Below, one piece after another: positions 16,744-27,223 of a stretch of DNA of 64,000 bases. Position 1 is the stretch's first letter. The number at the start of each line of letters is the position of its first letter. The position numbers and the translations under genes are program-made. The notes under the pieces were generated by a model. It was not told where the DNA came from and did no database searches. It worked only from the letters and a program-made list of their open reading frames with translations. This stretch comes from an uncultured Christensenella sp. (GTDB taxonomy: Bacteria > Bacillota > Clostridia > Christensenellales > UBA3700). The stretch is taken from NCBI GenBank assembly GCA_910584975.1, contig CAJUEA010000001.1, forward strand, positions 58,714 through 122,713, given 5' to 3'.

Positions 16744-17546
16744 ATCCTACCTCCTGCTGTTTGATTTTTGCTATTGTACTTTTTCTCAATAAGCATTGTG
16801 ATGCCCATAAGCAAAAGCAATATGATTGAAAGTGCAGAGCCATAATTCCATGAGTTTTGAGTGAACTCAAGATTGATGATATTTCCAAGCAGTTGCACAA
16901 GGTTGTTACCCAAAAGGTCAGAAATAACGAAAGTGGAAAGAGTTGGCATAAAAACCATTGTAATACCACTTATAATGCCTGGCAAGGCAAGTGGCAAAAT
17001 AACTTTTGTGATAACTTTTGTTGGCGTAGCACCAAGGTCAAGAGCTGCCTCTGTATAGCTTTTGTCAAGACTTGTCAAGGTCGAATAAATTGGAATAATC
17101 ATAAATGGCAAAAAGTTGTAAACCATACCAAAAATAGTGGTGGCTTTGCCAAATGTTATTTCTTGATTAAACCAAGAACCAAAAGCCTCAAACATTGCTC
17201 TTGTTGCAATTGTTCTAAGCAAAAAGTTAATCCACATAGGCAACAAAAACAGCATAAACAATGTTTTGTTTTTGTTGTATTTTTTGTTTGCTAAAATGTA
17301 AGCAACAGGAAAGCCCACAACAAAACAAATTAGTGTTGTAACAAAGGCAATCCAAATTGAATCCAAGAAGGAATTAAAAGCCACGCCATCAGTAAAAAAG
17401 TTTGCAAAATTTTCCAAACTTATGCTGCCATCTGCATTGGTAAAAGCATAAAAAATAATCAAAGCAAGTGGTAGAATGACAAAAAGCAACATAAATACGG
17501 CGTAAGGAAATGCCAAATATTTTCTTTTGATAGTAATTTTTTTCAT
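16737..17546 (-). CDS. potB: Spermidine/putrescine ABC transporter permease
   Basis: EAA region EAALDLGATPTKVITKVILP. Overlaps potC by 7 nt. Confidence 0.85.
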   Translation of the reverse strand: MKKITIKRKYLAFPYAVFMLLFVILPLALIIFYAFTNADGSISLENFANFFTDGVAFNSFLDSIWIAFVTTLICFVVGFPVAYILANKKYNKNKTLFMLFLLPMWINFLLRTIATRAMFEAFGSWFNQEITFGKATTIFGMVYNFLPFMIIPIYSTLTSLDKSYTEAALDLGATPTKVITKVILPLALPGIISGITMVFMPTLSTFVISDLLGNNLVQLLGNIINLEFTQNSWNYGSALSIILLLLMGITMLIEKKYNSKNQTAGGRIW

Positions 17547-17555
17547 TGCTTTCTC

Positions 17556-19004
17556 CTACTTAGTTTGAATGATTTTTTCCAGCTTGATGTCCTCTGGCTT
17601 TATTGTAATACCCACACGGTCGTTGCTGTCGTATTCGTCTTCAGTTTCCACAAAAAAATCAAAGCCGTTGTCAGATTTTACAACATATTGATACTTGTCT
17701 CCCTTAAAGATACTTGATACGATATTGCCCGCGATAGGTGCAGAATCTTCATAGTCAGTAAGGTCGATTTTGTCAAAGTCAACAGATACTTTAACCTCTG
17801 CTTTTATGTACTCATTTTCAGAATACCCCTGATTTTCGAAGGTTTTTTTGTCATAATTAAACACTCCGTCAGCAAATTCAAGTTCACTTTCATTAAGCAC
17901 AATAGCATTGATAACATTGCTGTTTTTCTCTTTTTTCATGATGTGGATGTCGTCTGGACGGATGTAAAGACTAACTTTTTCGCCTGCTTTCCATTCAGTT
18001 GTTGAGTGGATAAGAAACTCCATTTTGTTTGCAACCACGCTCATTTCGTAATGAACGCCTTTGAACAAAGAGGAAATAACCTCGCCCTTGATTTGTCCTT
18101 TTTCCTCATCCATAAGATAAATATCCTCTGGACGAATAACCACATCGATTGCTTGATTTTTTTCAAAACCACCATCAACGCATTTGAATTCTGCTCCTGC
18201 AAATCTAACAAGCTTGTCTTCAAGCATAATTCCATTGATGATGTTTGATTCGCCAATAAAGTCTGCAACGAAAGCGTTGTTTGGCTCGTTGTAAATATCA
18301 ATAGGTGTGCCAACTTGATGGATAATTCCGTTTTTCATAACCACAATACGGTCGCTCATTGTAAGAGCCTCTTCTTGGTCGTGGGTAACATAAACGAAAG
18401 TAATACCCAGTCTGCGATGCATATTTTTAAGTTCAAGTTGCATTTCTTGTCTCATTTTAAGGTCAAGAGCACCCAAAGGCTCGTCCAGCAAAAGCACCTG
18501 TGGCTCGTTTACAATAGCACGAGCAATGGCAACCCTTTGTTGTTGACCACCACTAAGACTTGTTACATTTCTGTATTCATAGTCAGTAAGTCCAACAATC
18601 TTAAGAGCTTTTTTAACTTTTTCTGAAATAAGATTTTTGATCGCTTTGCGTCTTGCCATATAGCCTTTAACATCAGTGCAAAGTTCTTTCTTTTTCAATT
18701 TCAAACCAAAAGCGATGTTGTCAAAAACATTCAAATGTGGGAAAAGCGCATATCTTTGAAAAACGGTGTTAACAGGACGCATATGTGGAGGAATATCCAG
18801 CACGGATTTTCCGTCAAGCATAATTTCGCCACTTGTAGGCTTTTCAAAACCTGCAATCATTCTTAAAGTAGTTGTTTTGCCACAACCACTAGGTCCAAGG
18901 AAAGTAACAAATTCTCCTTTTTCAATGTTAAGGTTGACATTATCAACAACATTTTGTCCATCATAAGCTTTGCAAACATCTTTCAATTCAATAAGTGTAC
19001 TCAT
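17556..19004 (-). CDS. potA: Spermidine/putrescine ABC transporter ATPase with duplicated C-terminal TOBE-like domain
   Basis: Start chosen at MSTLIELK (RBS GGAG upstream). Walker [10 protein letters not shown], signature LSGGQQQR, Walker B LLLDEP. Two similar C-terminal segments, [15 protein letters not shown] and [15 protein letters not shown]. Confidence 0.85.
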   Translation of the reverse strand: MSTLIELKDVCKAYDGQNVVDNVNLNIEKGEFVTFLGPSGCGKTTTLRMIAGFEKPTSGEIMLDGKSVLDIPPHMRPVNTVFQRYALFPHLNVFDNIAFGLKLKKKELCTDVKGYMARRKAIKNLISEKVKKALKIVGLTDYEYRNVTSLSGGQQQRVAIARAIVNEPQVLLLDEPLGALDLKMRQEMQLELKNMHRRLGITFVYVTHDQEEALTMSDRIVVMKNGIIHQVGTPIDIYNEPNNAFVADFIGESNIINGIMLEDKLVRFAGAEFKCVDGGFEKNQAIDVVIRPEDIYLMDEEKGQIKGEVISSLFKGVHYEMSVVANKMEFLIHSTTEWKAGEKVSLYIRPDDIHIMKKEKNSNVINAIVLNESELEFADGVFNYDKKTFENQGYSENEYIKAEVKVSVDFDKIDLTDYEDSAPIAGNIVSSIFKGDKYQYVVKSDNGFDFFVETEDEYDSNDRVGITIKPEDIKLEKIIQTK

Positions 19005-19018
19005 ATATTTTTTCTCCA

Positions 19019-19552
19019 TTAAAAAGTAGGTGGGCTTGAAATCCAAATTATTTTTGCAGGTATATTACTTGCATTTTCAATATAGTGCAATTTGTCTGAC
19101 ACAAAATAAAAACTTTCTTTTGCTTTCACCGTATAGCTGTTTTTGCCAAGGTGCAAAATAATTTTGCCTGAAAGCACATATCCAAATTCTTCGCCTTCGT
19201 GGGGCATATCGCTTGGCAGCGAATATTTTGGCTTTATTGTAACCAAAAGAGGTTCCATCTCATTTTTTTGGCAATTAGGAACCAACCAAATTTTTTCCTG
19301 CTCCAAGCTGTCTTTTACGATAAAGTCATTTTCAGTAAAAACAACCTGTTCTTCTTCCTCTTCCTTAAAAAAAGTTTGTGCGTCTGTACCAAGTGCGGAT
19401 AAAATATCAATCAAAGTTGATATTGAAGGGCTTGTCAAATCGTTTTCCAGTTGCGAAATATACCCTTTTGTCAGTTCACATCTGTCGGCAAGCTCTGATT
19501 GTGTGAGCGATAGTTGCAAGCGCAATCTTTTAATTTTTGACCCGATTTCCAT
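19019..19552 (-). CDS. XRE-family HTH plus cupin transcriptional regulator (PuuR-like), probable regulator of pot operon
   Basis: Start at [11 protein letters not shown] (RBS AAGGAG upstream). HTH segment [23 protein letters not shown]-terminal cupin segment [18 protein letters not shown]. Confidence 0.75.
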   Translation of the reverse strand: MEIGSKIKRLRLQLSLTQSELADRCELTKGYISQLENDLTSPSISTLIDILSALGTDAQTFFKEEEEEQVVFTENDFIVKDSLEQEKIWLVPNCQKNEMEPLLVTIKPKYSLPSDMPHEGEEFGYVLSGKIILHLGKNSYTVKAKESFYFVSDKLHYIENASNIPAKIIWISSPPTF

Positions 19553-19653
19553 AAAAACTCCTTTATTCTTTAATAACACTCTGTTATTTAACAAAACAAA
19601 AAAAATGTCTTTCTGTCAATTTTATCATCTTGTTTGCCATATTAAACTGCTTG

Positions 19654-19720
19654 TTTACTAAATTTCATAATATTAAACGCAAAGTTTAGTAAAACATTAT
19701 TTGCTAAACTTTAAGTTTAG
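19654..19720. promoter_or_regulatory. Candidate operator: inverted repeat TTTACTAAA..TTTAGTAAA plus palindrome CTAAACTT-t-AAGTTTAG
   Basis: Inverted repeats at 19654-19662/19685-19693 and 19704-19720, about 100-170 bp upstream of the regulator/pot operon. Function is inferred only. Confidence 0.3.
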
Positions 19721-19924
19721 TTTTATTAAACAAAAAGAGTATAGCATACATTTTTTTCGCTGTCAATTATTTTTAATAATAATTTTTTCAATTTCTCAAA
19801 ATTTTGCCTATTATTTGGATGTAAATTTAAAATAGTAATTTGAAATAGAAAAATGTAAAAATAATATTGTTAAAATATTTTATAAAAATATTAATGTATT
19901 ATAAAAGCAAATAAAAGCAAAATT

Positions 19925-20355
19925 TGACATATCTCGGTAAGCTCGGTATGACGGGAAAGGTTACTCGGGATGACAGAAATTGTTGCAATGAGCAATTATT
20001 TGAGATTTCTCCCTATGCCCACAAAAAGCTATTTTGCGAGGACTCTATTACACTCGGGATTACAGAAAATGCTCAGAATGAAATTTATTATACTATTATA
20101 AGTCCTGTTTGTGTCATTCTGAGCGAAACACAGTGAAGCCAAAGAATCTCCGATTGTGCTTGTTTATTTTTGTTATCGCGAATGTAATAGAGGGATCTCT
20201 GACTTTGCTTGTGGGGCAAACTGAGAAATCTACGACATTGCGCTCAAGTGATGGTCTGAGATGTATCGGCTGCGTTGCACTGCGCCTAACATGAAAGGAA
20301 ACAAACTCAAAATGATAATATTGTCATTTCGAGCGTAGTCGAGAAATCTCCAACT
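19925..20355. repeat. Cluster 1 of the dispersed REP-like intergenic repeat family
   Basis: Copies of GTCATTCTGAGCGAA-N-GAAGAATCTC (20113-20150) and GTCATTTCGAGCGTAGTCGAGAAATCTC (20323-20350). Inverse-orientation copies GAGATTTCTC..CCCACAAAAAGCTATTTTGCGAGG..CTCGGGATTAC. Confidence 0.85.
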
Positions 20356-20663
20356 TTATTAAAAAGTTATTTACTAAGGTAAATATGACAATGACACTAA
20401 ATAGGGCAAAAGAATTATTGCAAAGTTAAAGCAGAAGAAAAAGCCAATCATATTCCACATTAAATAGATTTACCAATGCTAAAAGACTTGTAAATGCTTG
20501 ATTTTACTTGCAATTATAAAAAAATAAATTTAAATCTAAAAGTTGTTTTATATCCACGAAATGCAGAAAAACACTTTGTTATTATTGAAATTACATGATA
20601 GATTTATATGAATTTTCTTTTTTTCTTAGGTGTTGCATTTGATAGTATAATTCACTATCGCAA

Positions 20664-20693
20664 CAAAAAACACAAGTGTATGATACCACTTGC
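20664..20693 (-). terminator. Intrinsic terminator of trxA
   Basis: Stem CAAGTG/CACTTG followed on the minus strand by a T-run. Confidence 0.6.
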
Positions 20694-20730
20694 GTTTTTA
20701 TAGAATTGATATTCAATTAATTATGAAAAC

Positions 20731-21033
20731 TTATTTTACAAAAGCTTTAAGTTGATTTATGTTCATAAAACCAACTTGTTTGTCAACAATTTCGCCTTCT
20801 TTGCAAAGTATAAGTGTTGGAATTGAAACAACTCCAAATTCTTTTGCAACATCTGAAACGACATCAACATCCACTTTAATAACTTGAACATCCGGCATAT
20901 CATTTGCAAATTGTTCCAAAACAGGAGCAAGCATTTTGCATGGACCACACCAATTTGCGTAAAAGTCTACAAGTACAGTTCCGCTTGCTGTTGCATCAAC
21001 AAAGTCTGATTTATTGTTTATGTGTTTTATCAT
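20731..21033 (-). CDS. trxA: Thioredoxin
   Basis: 100 aa, active site WCGPCK. Confidence 0.95.
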   Translation of the reverse strand: MIKHINNKSDFVDATASGTVLVDFYANWCGPCKMLAPVLEQFANDMPDVQVIKVDVDVVSDVAKEFGVVSIPTLILCKEGEIVDKQVGFMNINQLKAFVK

Positions 21034-21289
21034 AAAAATCCTCCTAGATTATGTATTTTTAATGTATTGTAATAGTAATTATATTGTCATATAGTTTAAT
21101 AGAATTATTCAGTAATATTAGTATAGCACAAATAAATCAAATTATCAATATAAAAGAAAAATTCATATTATTTTTTCAATTTGCGTATGCCATTTTACTT
21201 GTTTAAATTATTGTACAATAACTTAAATGTGATTTATTTTATATTTCGCTTACAAATAATTAATATTAATATTTCTTGAAATTTCTTGT

Positions 21290-22336
21290 TCAAAGATTTC
21301 TTGTGTAAAAAGTGCTTTTGCCTGTGCCATGACGAGTAATTTGATTTTCTTCAACCAAAATATTAAGATTTTTGACAATGGTTGTTTTGCCAAGAGTTGG
21401 GCAAAGTTCAATCAAATCATTTTTTGTGAACTTTCCAAGTTTTGTTGAAATTGCTTTCAAAACAATCTCTTTGCTTGTTCTTTTAATACCAACAAGGTCA
21501 ACTCTGTCTTCAAAATCTATATATGCACCAAGAATTATGCTCAACAAATATTTGATAAATGGTGTTGGGTCATTTGTTCCTTCGTGCCAGTTAAGATTGC
21601 TTTTGCCTAGTGCTGCATAATATGATTCTTTATTGTTTTCAATTTTTTTCTCCAAACTGATATATTTCCCCACAAAATATCCACTGCGATAAAGTAGAAG
21701 GGTGGTTAAAAGCCTGCTCATTCTGCCATTTCCGTCATTAAATGGATGTATGCAAAGAAAGTCAACAATAAAAATAGGTATTAAAAGCAAAGGATGTACA
21801 ATTTTGCTATCTAATGCTTTGTTGAAAGTGTTGCATAAGTAATCAATTGCAGTTGGTGTCTCGTATGGTGCAAGAGGTGTAAATCTTATTGTTTGAGAGC
21901 CATCTTTGTGAATTTCTGCAATGTAATTTTGATTGTTTTTGAAATGTCCACCAAAAGAATTTTGAGAATAGCGATATAAGATTTTGTGCATTTGCAAAAT
22001 ATAATTTGGTGTTACATCCAAAAAATCAAAACTTTCGTGTATGGTTTTTAACACATCACGATAACCCAAAATTTCTTCTTCATTTCTGTTGTGAGGGGCA
22101 GTAGTGTCTTCAAGCAGTTGCTTTATTCTCATGTCTGTTGTGATAATTCCCTCAATTCTGTTTGAGTATTCCGTGCTTTGAATTTTTGCAATTTCAACAA
22201 GCTTTTCCAATTCCTCTGGTTGTTGAGAAAGATAAAGCGTTTGTTTCCCCTTATGTTCTTGTATTTCAAGCAAAGTATTGATAATTTCGGAATCCCATTT
22301 GATATTGTTTAGATTGCTATAATCAAACTCTCTCAT
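21290..22336 (-). CDS. fic: Fic-family AMPylase with N-terminal inhibitory motif and C-terminal winged-helix domain
   Basis: Fic motif HPFNDGNGRMSR. SxxxEG-type inhibitory motif SNRIEG. Start at MREFDY with RBS GAGGT upstream. Confidence 0.85.
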   Translation of the reverse strand: MREFDYSNLNNIKWDSEIINTLLEIQEHKGKQTLYLSQQPEELEKLVEIAKIQSTEYSNRIEGIITTDMRIKQLLEDTTAPHNRNEEEILGYRDVLKTIHESFDFLDVTPNYILQMHKILYRYSQNSFGGHFKNNQNYIAEIHKDGSQTIRFTPLAPYETPTAIDYLCNTFNKALDSKIVHPLLLIPIFIVDFLCIHPFNDGNGRMSRLLTTLLLYRSGYFVGKYISLEKKIENNKESYYAALGKSNLNWHEGTNDPTPFIKYLLSIILGAYIDFEDRVDLVGIKRTSKEIVLKAISTKLGKFTKNDLIELCPTLGKTTIVKNLNILVEENQITRHGTGKSTFYTRNL

Positions 22337-22355
22337 TTTATTACCTCTTGGGGAT

Positions 22356-22384
22356 ATTATAACCATTTTTTGCTTAAAAGTCAA
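22356..22384 (-). promoter_or_regulatory. Sigma-A promoter of fic (TTGACT-17-TATAAT on the minus strand)
   Basis: The reverse complement of 22356-22384 reads TTGACTTTTAAGCAAAAAATGGTTATAAT. Confidence 0.65.
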
Positions 22385-22428
22385 TGAGTTTTTTGTTTTT
22401 TATTGAAAAATGCGATTACTTTTATGGT

Positions 22429-22611
22429 AAAAGTGGTCGTATTTAACAAGTTTGCGTTCATTTTTAAATAAATTTGGTCGTATTTTCTTAAAAGTGGTCG
22501 AAAGTGGGGAAATTGCGTTCATTTATCATTAAATTTGGTCGTATTTTTGCAAAAGTGGTCGTATTTGACAAGCTTGCGTTCATTTTTCAATAAATTTGGT
22601 CGTATTTTAGA
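22429..22611. repeat. Three tandem 61-bp repeats, each with two GGTCGTATTT boxes
   Basis: Units start at 22429, 22490 and 22551. Boxes at 22435, 22476, 22496 (degenerate), 22537, 22557 and 22598, with alternating 41/20-bp spacing. TGCGTTCATTT occurs once per unit. Confidence 0.9.
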
Positions 22612-22679
22612 TTGAAATACAGATTTACCCGTGAAAGATTGACTATTATTGTTGGTTAAAGAGCAAGGTTTGTTTTCTT

Positions 22680-22960
22680 GTCATTCTGAGCGAAAATGGG
22701 GTATAAGGAAACATCTTGGACAATGCTGTTGAGTAAAACAAAAGAAATCATTATTATTGGGAAAACTCGGAGAGTGATAGTGTGAGATTCCTCGATTACA
22801 CTCGGGATGACGGGCTTAGGTGATTGAAATGCCAATGGCAATGTCATTCTGAGCGAAACAAAGTGAAGTCGAAGAATCTAGGACTATGCTTATTGAGTAA
22901 GGAAAAGAAGTCATTATTGCGTATGCAAAGTTTGAGATTTCTCGACAGGCTCGAAATGAC
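22680..22960. repeat. Cluster 2 of the REP-like repeat family
   Basis: GTCATTCTGAGCGAA at 22680 and 22846. Inverse copies GAGATTCCTCGATTACACTCGGGATGAC and GAGATTTCTCGACAGGCTCGAAATGAC (22934-22960). Confidence 0.85.
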
Positions 22961-23212
22961 AAGCATAGCCGCAATGAGTTAGACAAAAGGTTGCTATTGG
23001 TTGAAAACAGGCAGAATAAAGATGGCTAAAATAACTCGTAATATTTATTCTGTATAATTTTTGTGTAAAATTTGTGTAGTGTTTTTAAAGTTTAAGGTTA
23101 GATTAAGGTGTGTAATCTATTATAATATTGTATTATACCACGCATATTAAAGCAGATGTGTGCTAAAAATATGTTTGTGGTGGGCGAATTCTGACTTCTT
23201 AGGGAGGAAATT

Positions 23213-26200
23213 ATGGAGAGAAGAAAGACAAAAATATCTTTGATGTGCATTAGCGCGTTGGTTGTTGTTGCCCTAGTATTTTCTGTTGTGGGGGTTGCAT
23301 TGTTTGGCAAGTCCAGCAAAAATGAAAGTTTTTTGAGCAATAATAATATCAACACAACTGCTGATATATCATCAGAGGATTATTTGGGCAGAATAGGCAA
23401 TCAGGAAGCTTATAAAAAGAATTTAGCTGATAACTCAAATCAATGGGCTCCTATTGATAATGCGGAGGATTTGAGAAAATTCTTGAAAGGTGAAAGCAAT
23501 GGAACTGGTAAAGAATATAACTCAAAGCAAGGCTTTTTGACAAGAGATATTACTGATTTTAACTGGACAGATGCTTATGCACCTAACATTGACTTTGGCT
23601 CAACAACATCAAGAATTTTGGATGGTTGTGGATATACCATTACATATAATGTTTACAAGGAAATAGCTGGTGTTATTCGTACTGGACAGGATCGTTCAAT
23701 TGGAATGAGAATGACAACTCAAAGAACAGGCAAAGCTTATGCATTCTCTTATGATGGATCAGATGCTGAATATTCTGTTTTTTCATTGTTTGTAACTAGA
23801 TTGGGACAATACGGTGCTTTGCAGAACTTTAGGTTTAACATTAAAGGTGGTGTTTTCATTGAACATCAAAATGAAGGAATGTCAAACAAAGTTGTTTCAG
23901 TTCTTGGTGGTTTAGTTGGATATGTTGCCGGAGGCAAAATTGACAATGTTTGCGTTGCTTTGGGAAAAGATGATAATTCTGAGAGCAAATTGTTTTTGAA
24001 AAGAGATAGTAGTCAAAAGAAATATGAAAATATTGCATGCGTAGGTGGTGGCGTTGGCTTTTGCGAAAATGGAAGAATAACCAATTTTTCATTCATTTTA
24101 AAACAAGGCGGATTAGTAAAAAGCGAATCTTATACTAAATATTGGAACACAGCAGATCAAAATAATGGTATTGCAATTACTGGTGGACTAATTGGATATG
24201 CATTTTTTGGAGGAACATTGAAAAATTTGGCTTTTTATGGTCAAGGTGGCATTTTGGAAACTTTTGTTGAACATGACAAAGTTAACTTTGGTGGTGAGTC
24301 TAGTCAGTTTGCATGGGAAGTTATTGGTGGCATAATGGCGTTCATAGGTAATGAGTCAAATGTTTCATCTGCTGCAGTTGGTGGAAATTTGAACTGTATG
24401 AAAACAAGCAACAAAACTTCTCATATTGATTTCCGAAGAAAAAATGCATTTATAGCATCAACACGACCTGCTCAATCATCAGGTAAAGGAGATCCGGCTG
24501 ATTCATATATTGATTCTAAAGTTTATTTTGATGTTGTAAAAAATTCAAGTGGTAGCTATACTGGCTCAGAGCCTTGTGCTTGGAATAGTGATGGTAGCAG
24601 AGAAGAAAGTTTTGAGGGCAGAAGTGAATGTTCTGACACTACAAAAGGTTATAAGGTTTCTGGTGGTCCAACTGCATATATTACAACTCAAGATGGCGTG
24701 AAGGCATATTTGGATAACAAAGATAACACTTATAGTTCTATCGCAGTGTTTGTACCTGAAGGAAAAGTGTTGTGGGAGGCATTTGGAAGAAAAAGATATT
24801 CTGAATTGCTAAGTGGTGCTTTGTGTGGCTGGAATAGTGATGCTAACTCAAAAGGCTTATCTTTGAATGAGGCAATTGAAAATGGTATGTCTATTATCAA
24901 TGCAGGAATAAGTGGTCAAGGCGAAGTTGGTTTTTATAAAAGACTTGATGGTGGTACTGGATTAAGTGCAGACGATCAAATTTATGAAGACAGCAAAGGT
25001 TACAAATGGCAGGAAATGTCTGACCAAAGCAGAGCTTTCAGAAATGGTGGCAAGGATTCTCCTTTGTATTATGATGGAACACAATATGAATTGAAAATGT
25101 TGGTTGGTGGCATATTATATGATGAAGGATTGTTGGTGGAAAACTTGGGTAACTTGAAAGACTCAATGAACACTCACAATGGTAGACCAGTTAAATTGTC
25201 TTGCAATGATGGTGGAGACCCAGATACTGCATTGTCATACATTATGGAAACTGATCAAGAAAAGGTTGTAATATCGCTTTCAAAAACAACTGGTATGGAC
25301 AGATTATTGTCAATTCAAAAAAGACAAATGTTTGTTCATAAGAGTGGTAATTATGTTCGTGGCACTTCAAATATCTTTGATGGCGTTAAATTAAGATTTG
25401 GTCGTATGCCAAAAGATCCAAGTCAACCTAATAGTGGTGAATATGTTGCAAACACAGGACTTGTAAGCAACGAGGTGATTTTGTGGCAAGAAACTCGTAT
25501 TGCTCAAGGACAGGAAATTGAACTTGATGTTGCAGGACATCAAATGCTTAGACCTTCAACCAACAATTATATTATTTATGAGTGGGTTAGCACTAATAGT
25601 TCTAGTGGGTATTTGAGAGAAGTTGGTGGTTATTTCTCTGCAATCATTGCTCCACAAACAATAACACTGGGCACAGCAAAATACAGCAATAATGATGGCA
25701 AACATATTTATATCAACGGCGAGGCTTATGATGGTAAATATGAAATAATAAATGGTCATACATATGACGATGAAGAAAAAAATAATCAAAAACGCAAAAT
25801 TACAATTTCTGCAAGAGACGATGATGCACACTTTACTGCTAGAGGTATAGTTTTGTATAACGAAGCAGGTGGGATTGTCAGAGAATATAGATTTGAAGAT
25901 TTGAACAAAGATGACAGAGGATTGTACAATATTGAATATTTGGTTACAGATTCTTCTGTGGCAAGAATTGGATTGTTGGATTATAATGAAAGAACATACA
26001 TCATTAATCCAGGTTCAAGTGGTATGGTAAATGGCACTTATGGTTCAAAAGCTTTCAAGTATGGCGAAATAGTAACATTGAGTATTCCAACACTTTCTTC
26101 AAGTCAAGCTTTTGATGGTTGGAAAATTAATGGTACAGAAAATTATTATTCTTTCAGACAAACAATAACTTTCAAAGTTACTCAATCTTTGGACATTACT

Positions 26201-27022
26201 CCTGTAACAGTTTTAACAGAAGAAAATCCTTGGACAATCAAATATTACACTGATTATAAAGATACAGCTGTGTTTAAGGATGGAGAGGAGCTAAGAATCA
26301 GAAGACTTAATGATGTTTATGATGAGGCTTGGCACTTTGAAAATTATAAATTGCAAGACAGAATGGGTCGTCGTCATACAGGTTGGAAGATGGTGGCTGT
26401 TGATGAAATAGCAAAAACAGCATCTTTCGTGGCAGTTTATGATGATGGCGAGGGCAACAATCCAGCAAAAGTTCAAGTTATTTGGAACAACCAACCAACA
26501 TATAATGACTATGTATTCTTTGGAAGTCCAATAACATTGCAAGCTAAAAAGACTTATTATGTGAACGATGTTGAAGTTGTTGTTGGGGATACTCCTCTTA
26601 CAATCTTTGCAATTACAAATCTTTATATTGATGAAAAAAGATTGGTTGAAGTACAATCAAATTCAATGGATTACAGCTCTTTCTTAAGAGTGGAAAATGG
26701 TGTTCCAACTTACTATATCAGCATAACATTTGTTTATGGAAAGTTTGACCAAAGCTATATTGACACTGAAGAGGCGAGATTGGATAAACCACAAATTAGT
26801 ATGCCTGGATTTACTGAGGCTGATTTCACTCAATATGTAAGACAAGGTAATATTTATCAAATTAGTATGGTTATCACAGAAAGAGAGCTTGAGTGCAGAT
26901 TTGGTCACAACTCTGAAATTACAACTTTCTTGACTATTATTGAGCCAGCAACTGATACAAAACCTGAAAAGCAATTTACTTTTGATAAAATTATGATTTT
27001 CAAAAGAAAAACTGTCAACTAA
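23213..27022 (+). CDS. Very large surface protein (1269 aa) with N-terminal signal/anchor and GLUG-like repeats
   Basis: N-terminal TM segment ISALVVVALVFSVVGVALF. Repeated GGLVGY-type segments: LGGLVGYVAGGKIDN, GGGVGFCENGRITN, ITGGLIGYAFFGGTLKN. No enzymatic motif recognised. Confidence 0.55.
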   Translation: MERRKTKISLMCISALVVVALVFSVVGVALFGKSSKNESFLSNNNINTTADISSEDYLGRIGNQEAYKKNLADNSNQWAPIDNAEDLRKFLKGESNGTGKEYNSKQGFLTRDITDFNWTDAYAPNIDFGSTTSRILDGCGYTITYNVYKEIAGVIRTGQDRSIGMRMTTQRTGKAYAFSYDGSDAEYSVFSLFVTRLGQYGALQNFRFNIKGGVFIEHQNEGMSNKVVSVLGGLVGYVAGGKIDNVCVALGKDDNSESKLFLKRDSSQKKYENIACVGGGVGFCENGRITNFSFILKQGGLVKSESYTKYWNTADQNNGIAITGGLIGYAFFGGTLKNLAFYGQGGILETFVEHDKVNFGGESSQFAWEVIGGIMAFIGNESNVSSAAVGGNLNCMKTSNKTSHIDFRRKNAFIASTRPAQSSGKGDPADSYIDSKVYFDVVKNSSGSYTGSEPCAWNSDGSREESFEGRSECSDTTKGYKVSGGPTAYITTQDGVKAYLDNKDNTYSSIAVFVPEGKVLWEAFGRKRYSELLSGALCGWNSDANSKGLSLNEAIENGMSIINAGISGQGEVGFYKRLDGGTGLSADDQIYEDSKGYKWQEMSDQSRAFRNGGKDSPLYYDGTQYELKMLVGGILYDEGLLVENLGNLKDSMNTHNGRPVKLSCNDGGDPDTALSYIMETDQEKVVISLSKTTGMDRLLSIQKRQMFVHKSGNYVRGTSNIFDGVKLRFGRMPKDPSQPNSGEYVANTGLVSNEVILWQETRIAQGQEIELDVAGHQMLRPSTNNYIIYEWVSTNSSSGYLREVGGYFSAIIAPQTITLGTAKYSNNDGKHIYINGEAYDGKYEIINGHTYDDEEKNNQKRKITISARDDDAHFTARGIVLYNEAGGIVREYRFEDLNKDDRGLYNIEYLVTDSSVARIGLLDYNERTYIINPGSSGMVNGTYGSKAFKYGEIVTLSIPTLSSSQAFDGWKINGTENYYSFRQTITFKVTQSLDITPVTVLTEENPWTIKYYTDYKDTAVFKDGEELRIRRLNDVYDEAWHFENYKLQDRMGRRHTGWKMVAVDEIAKTASFVAVYDDGEGNNPAKVQVIWNNQPTYNDYVFFGSPITLQAKKTYYVNDVEVVVGDTPLTIFAITNLYIDEKRLVEVQSNSMDYSSFLRVENGVPTYYISITFVYGKFDQSYIDTEEARLDKPQISMPGFTEADFTQYVRQGNIYQISMVITERELECRFGHNSEITTFLTIIEPATDTKPEKQFTFDKIMIFKRKTVN

Positions 27023-27171
27023 AATAATTGCTTGATATTGATTATCATAGCTACAAGATGTTGTTTATAGTAAGTCGAGAGTATTAAATTTTGTTTGATA
27101 AAAAACATATTGACACATTGAAATAATAGCTTGTATAAAAACAAAAATTAAAAAATATTAACAAACAAAAA

Positions 27172-27199
27172 AGTCCTCGTGCAAATGAGGGCTTTTTTC
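27172..27199 (+). terminator. Intrinsic terminator of the large surface protein gene
   Basis: Stem AGTCCTC/GAGGGCT followed by TTTTTT. Confidence 0.65.
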
Positions 27200-27223
27200 T
27201 ATCACGCAAAAAAGATATTTTGT

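Noticed and set aside
19924-20294. Track ORFs 19924-20136 and 20109-20294 (and 22656-22847) as protein genes
   Set aside because: They are built entirely from REP-like repeat copies, lack an RBS, and the same sequences occur in both orientations elsewhere.
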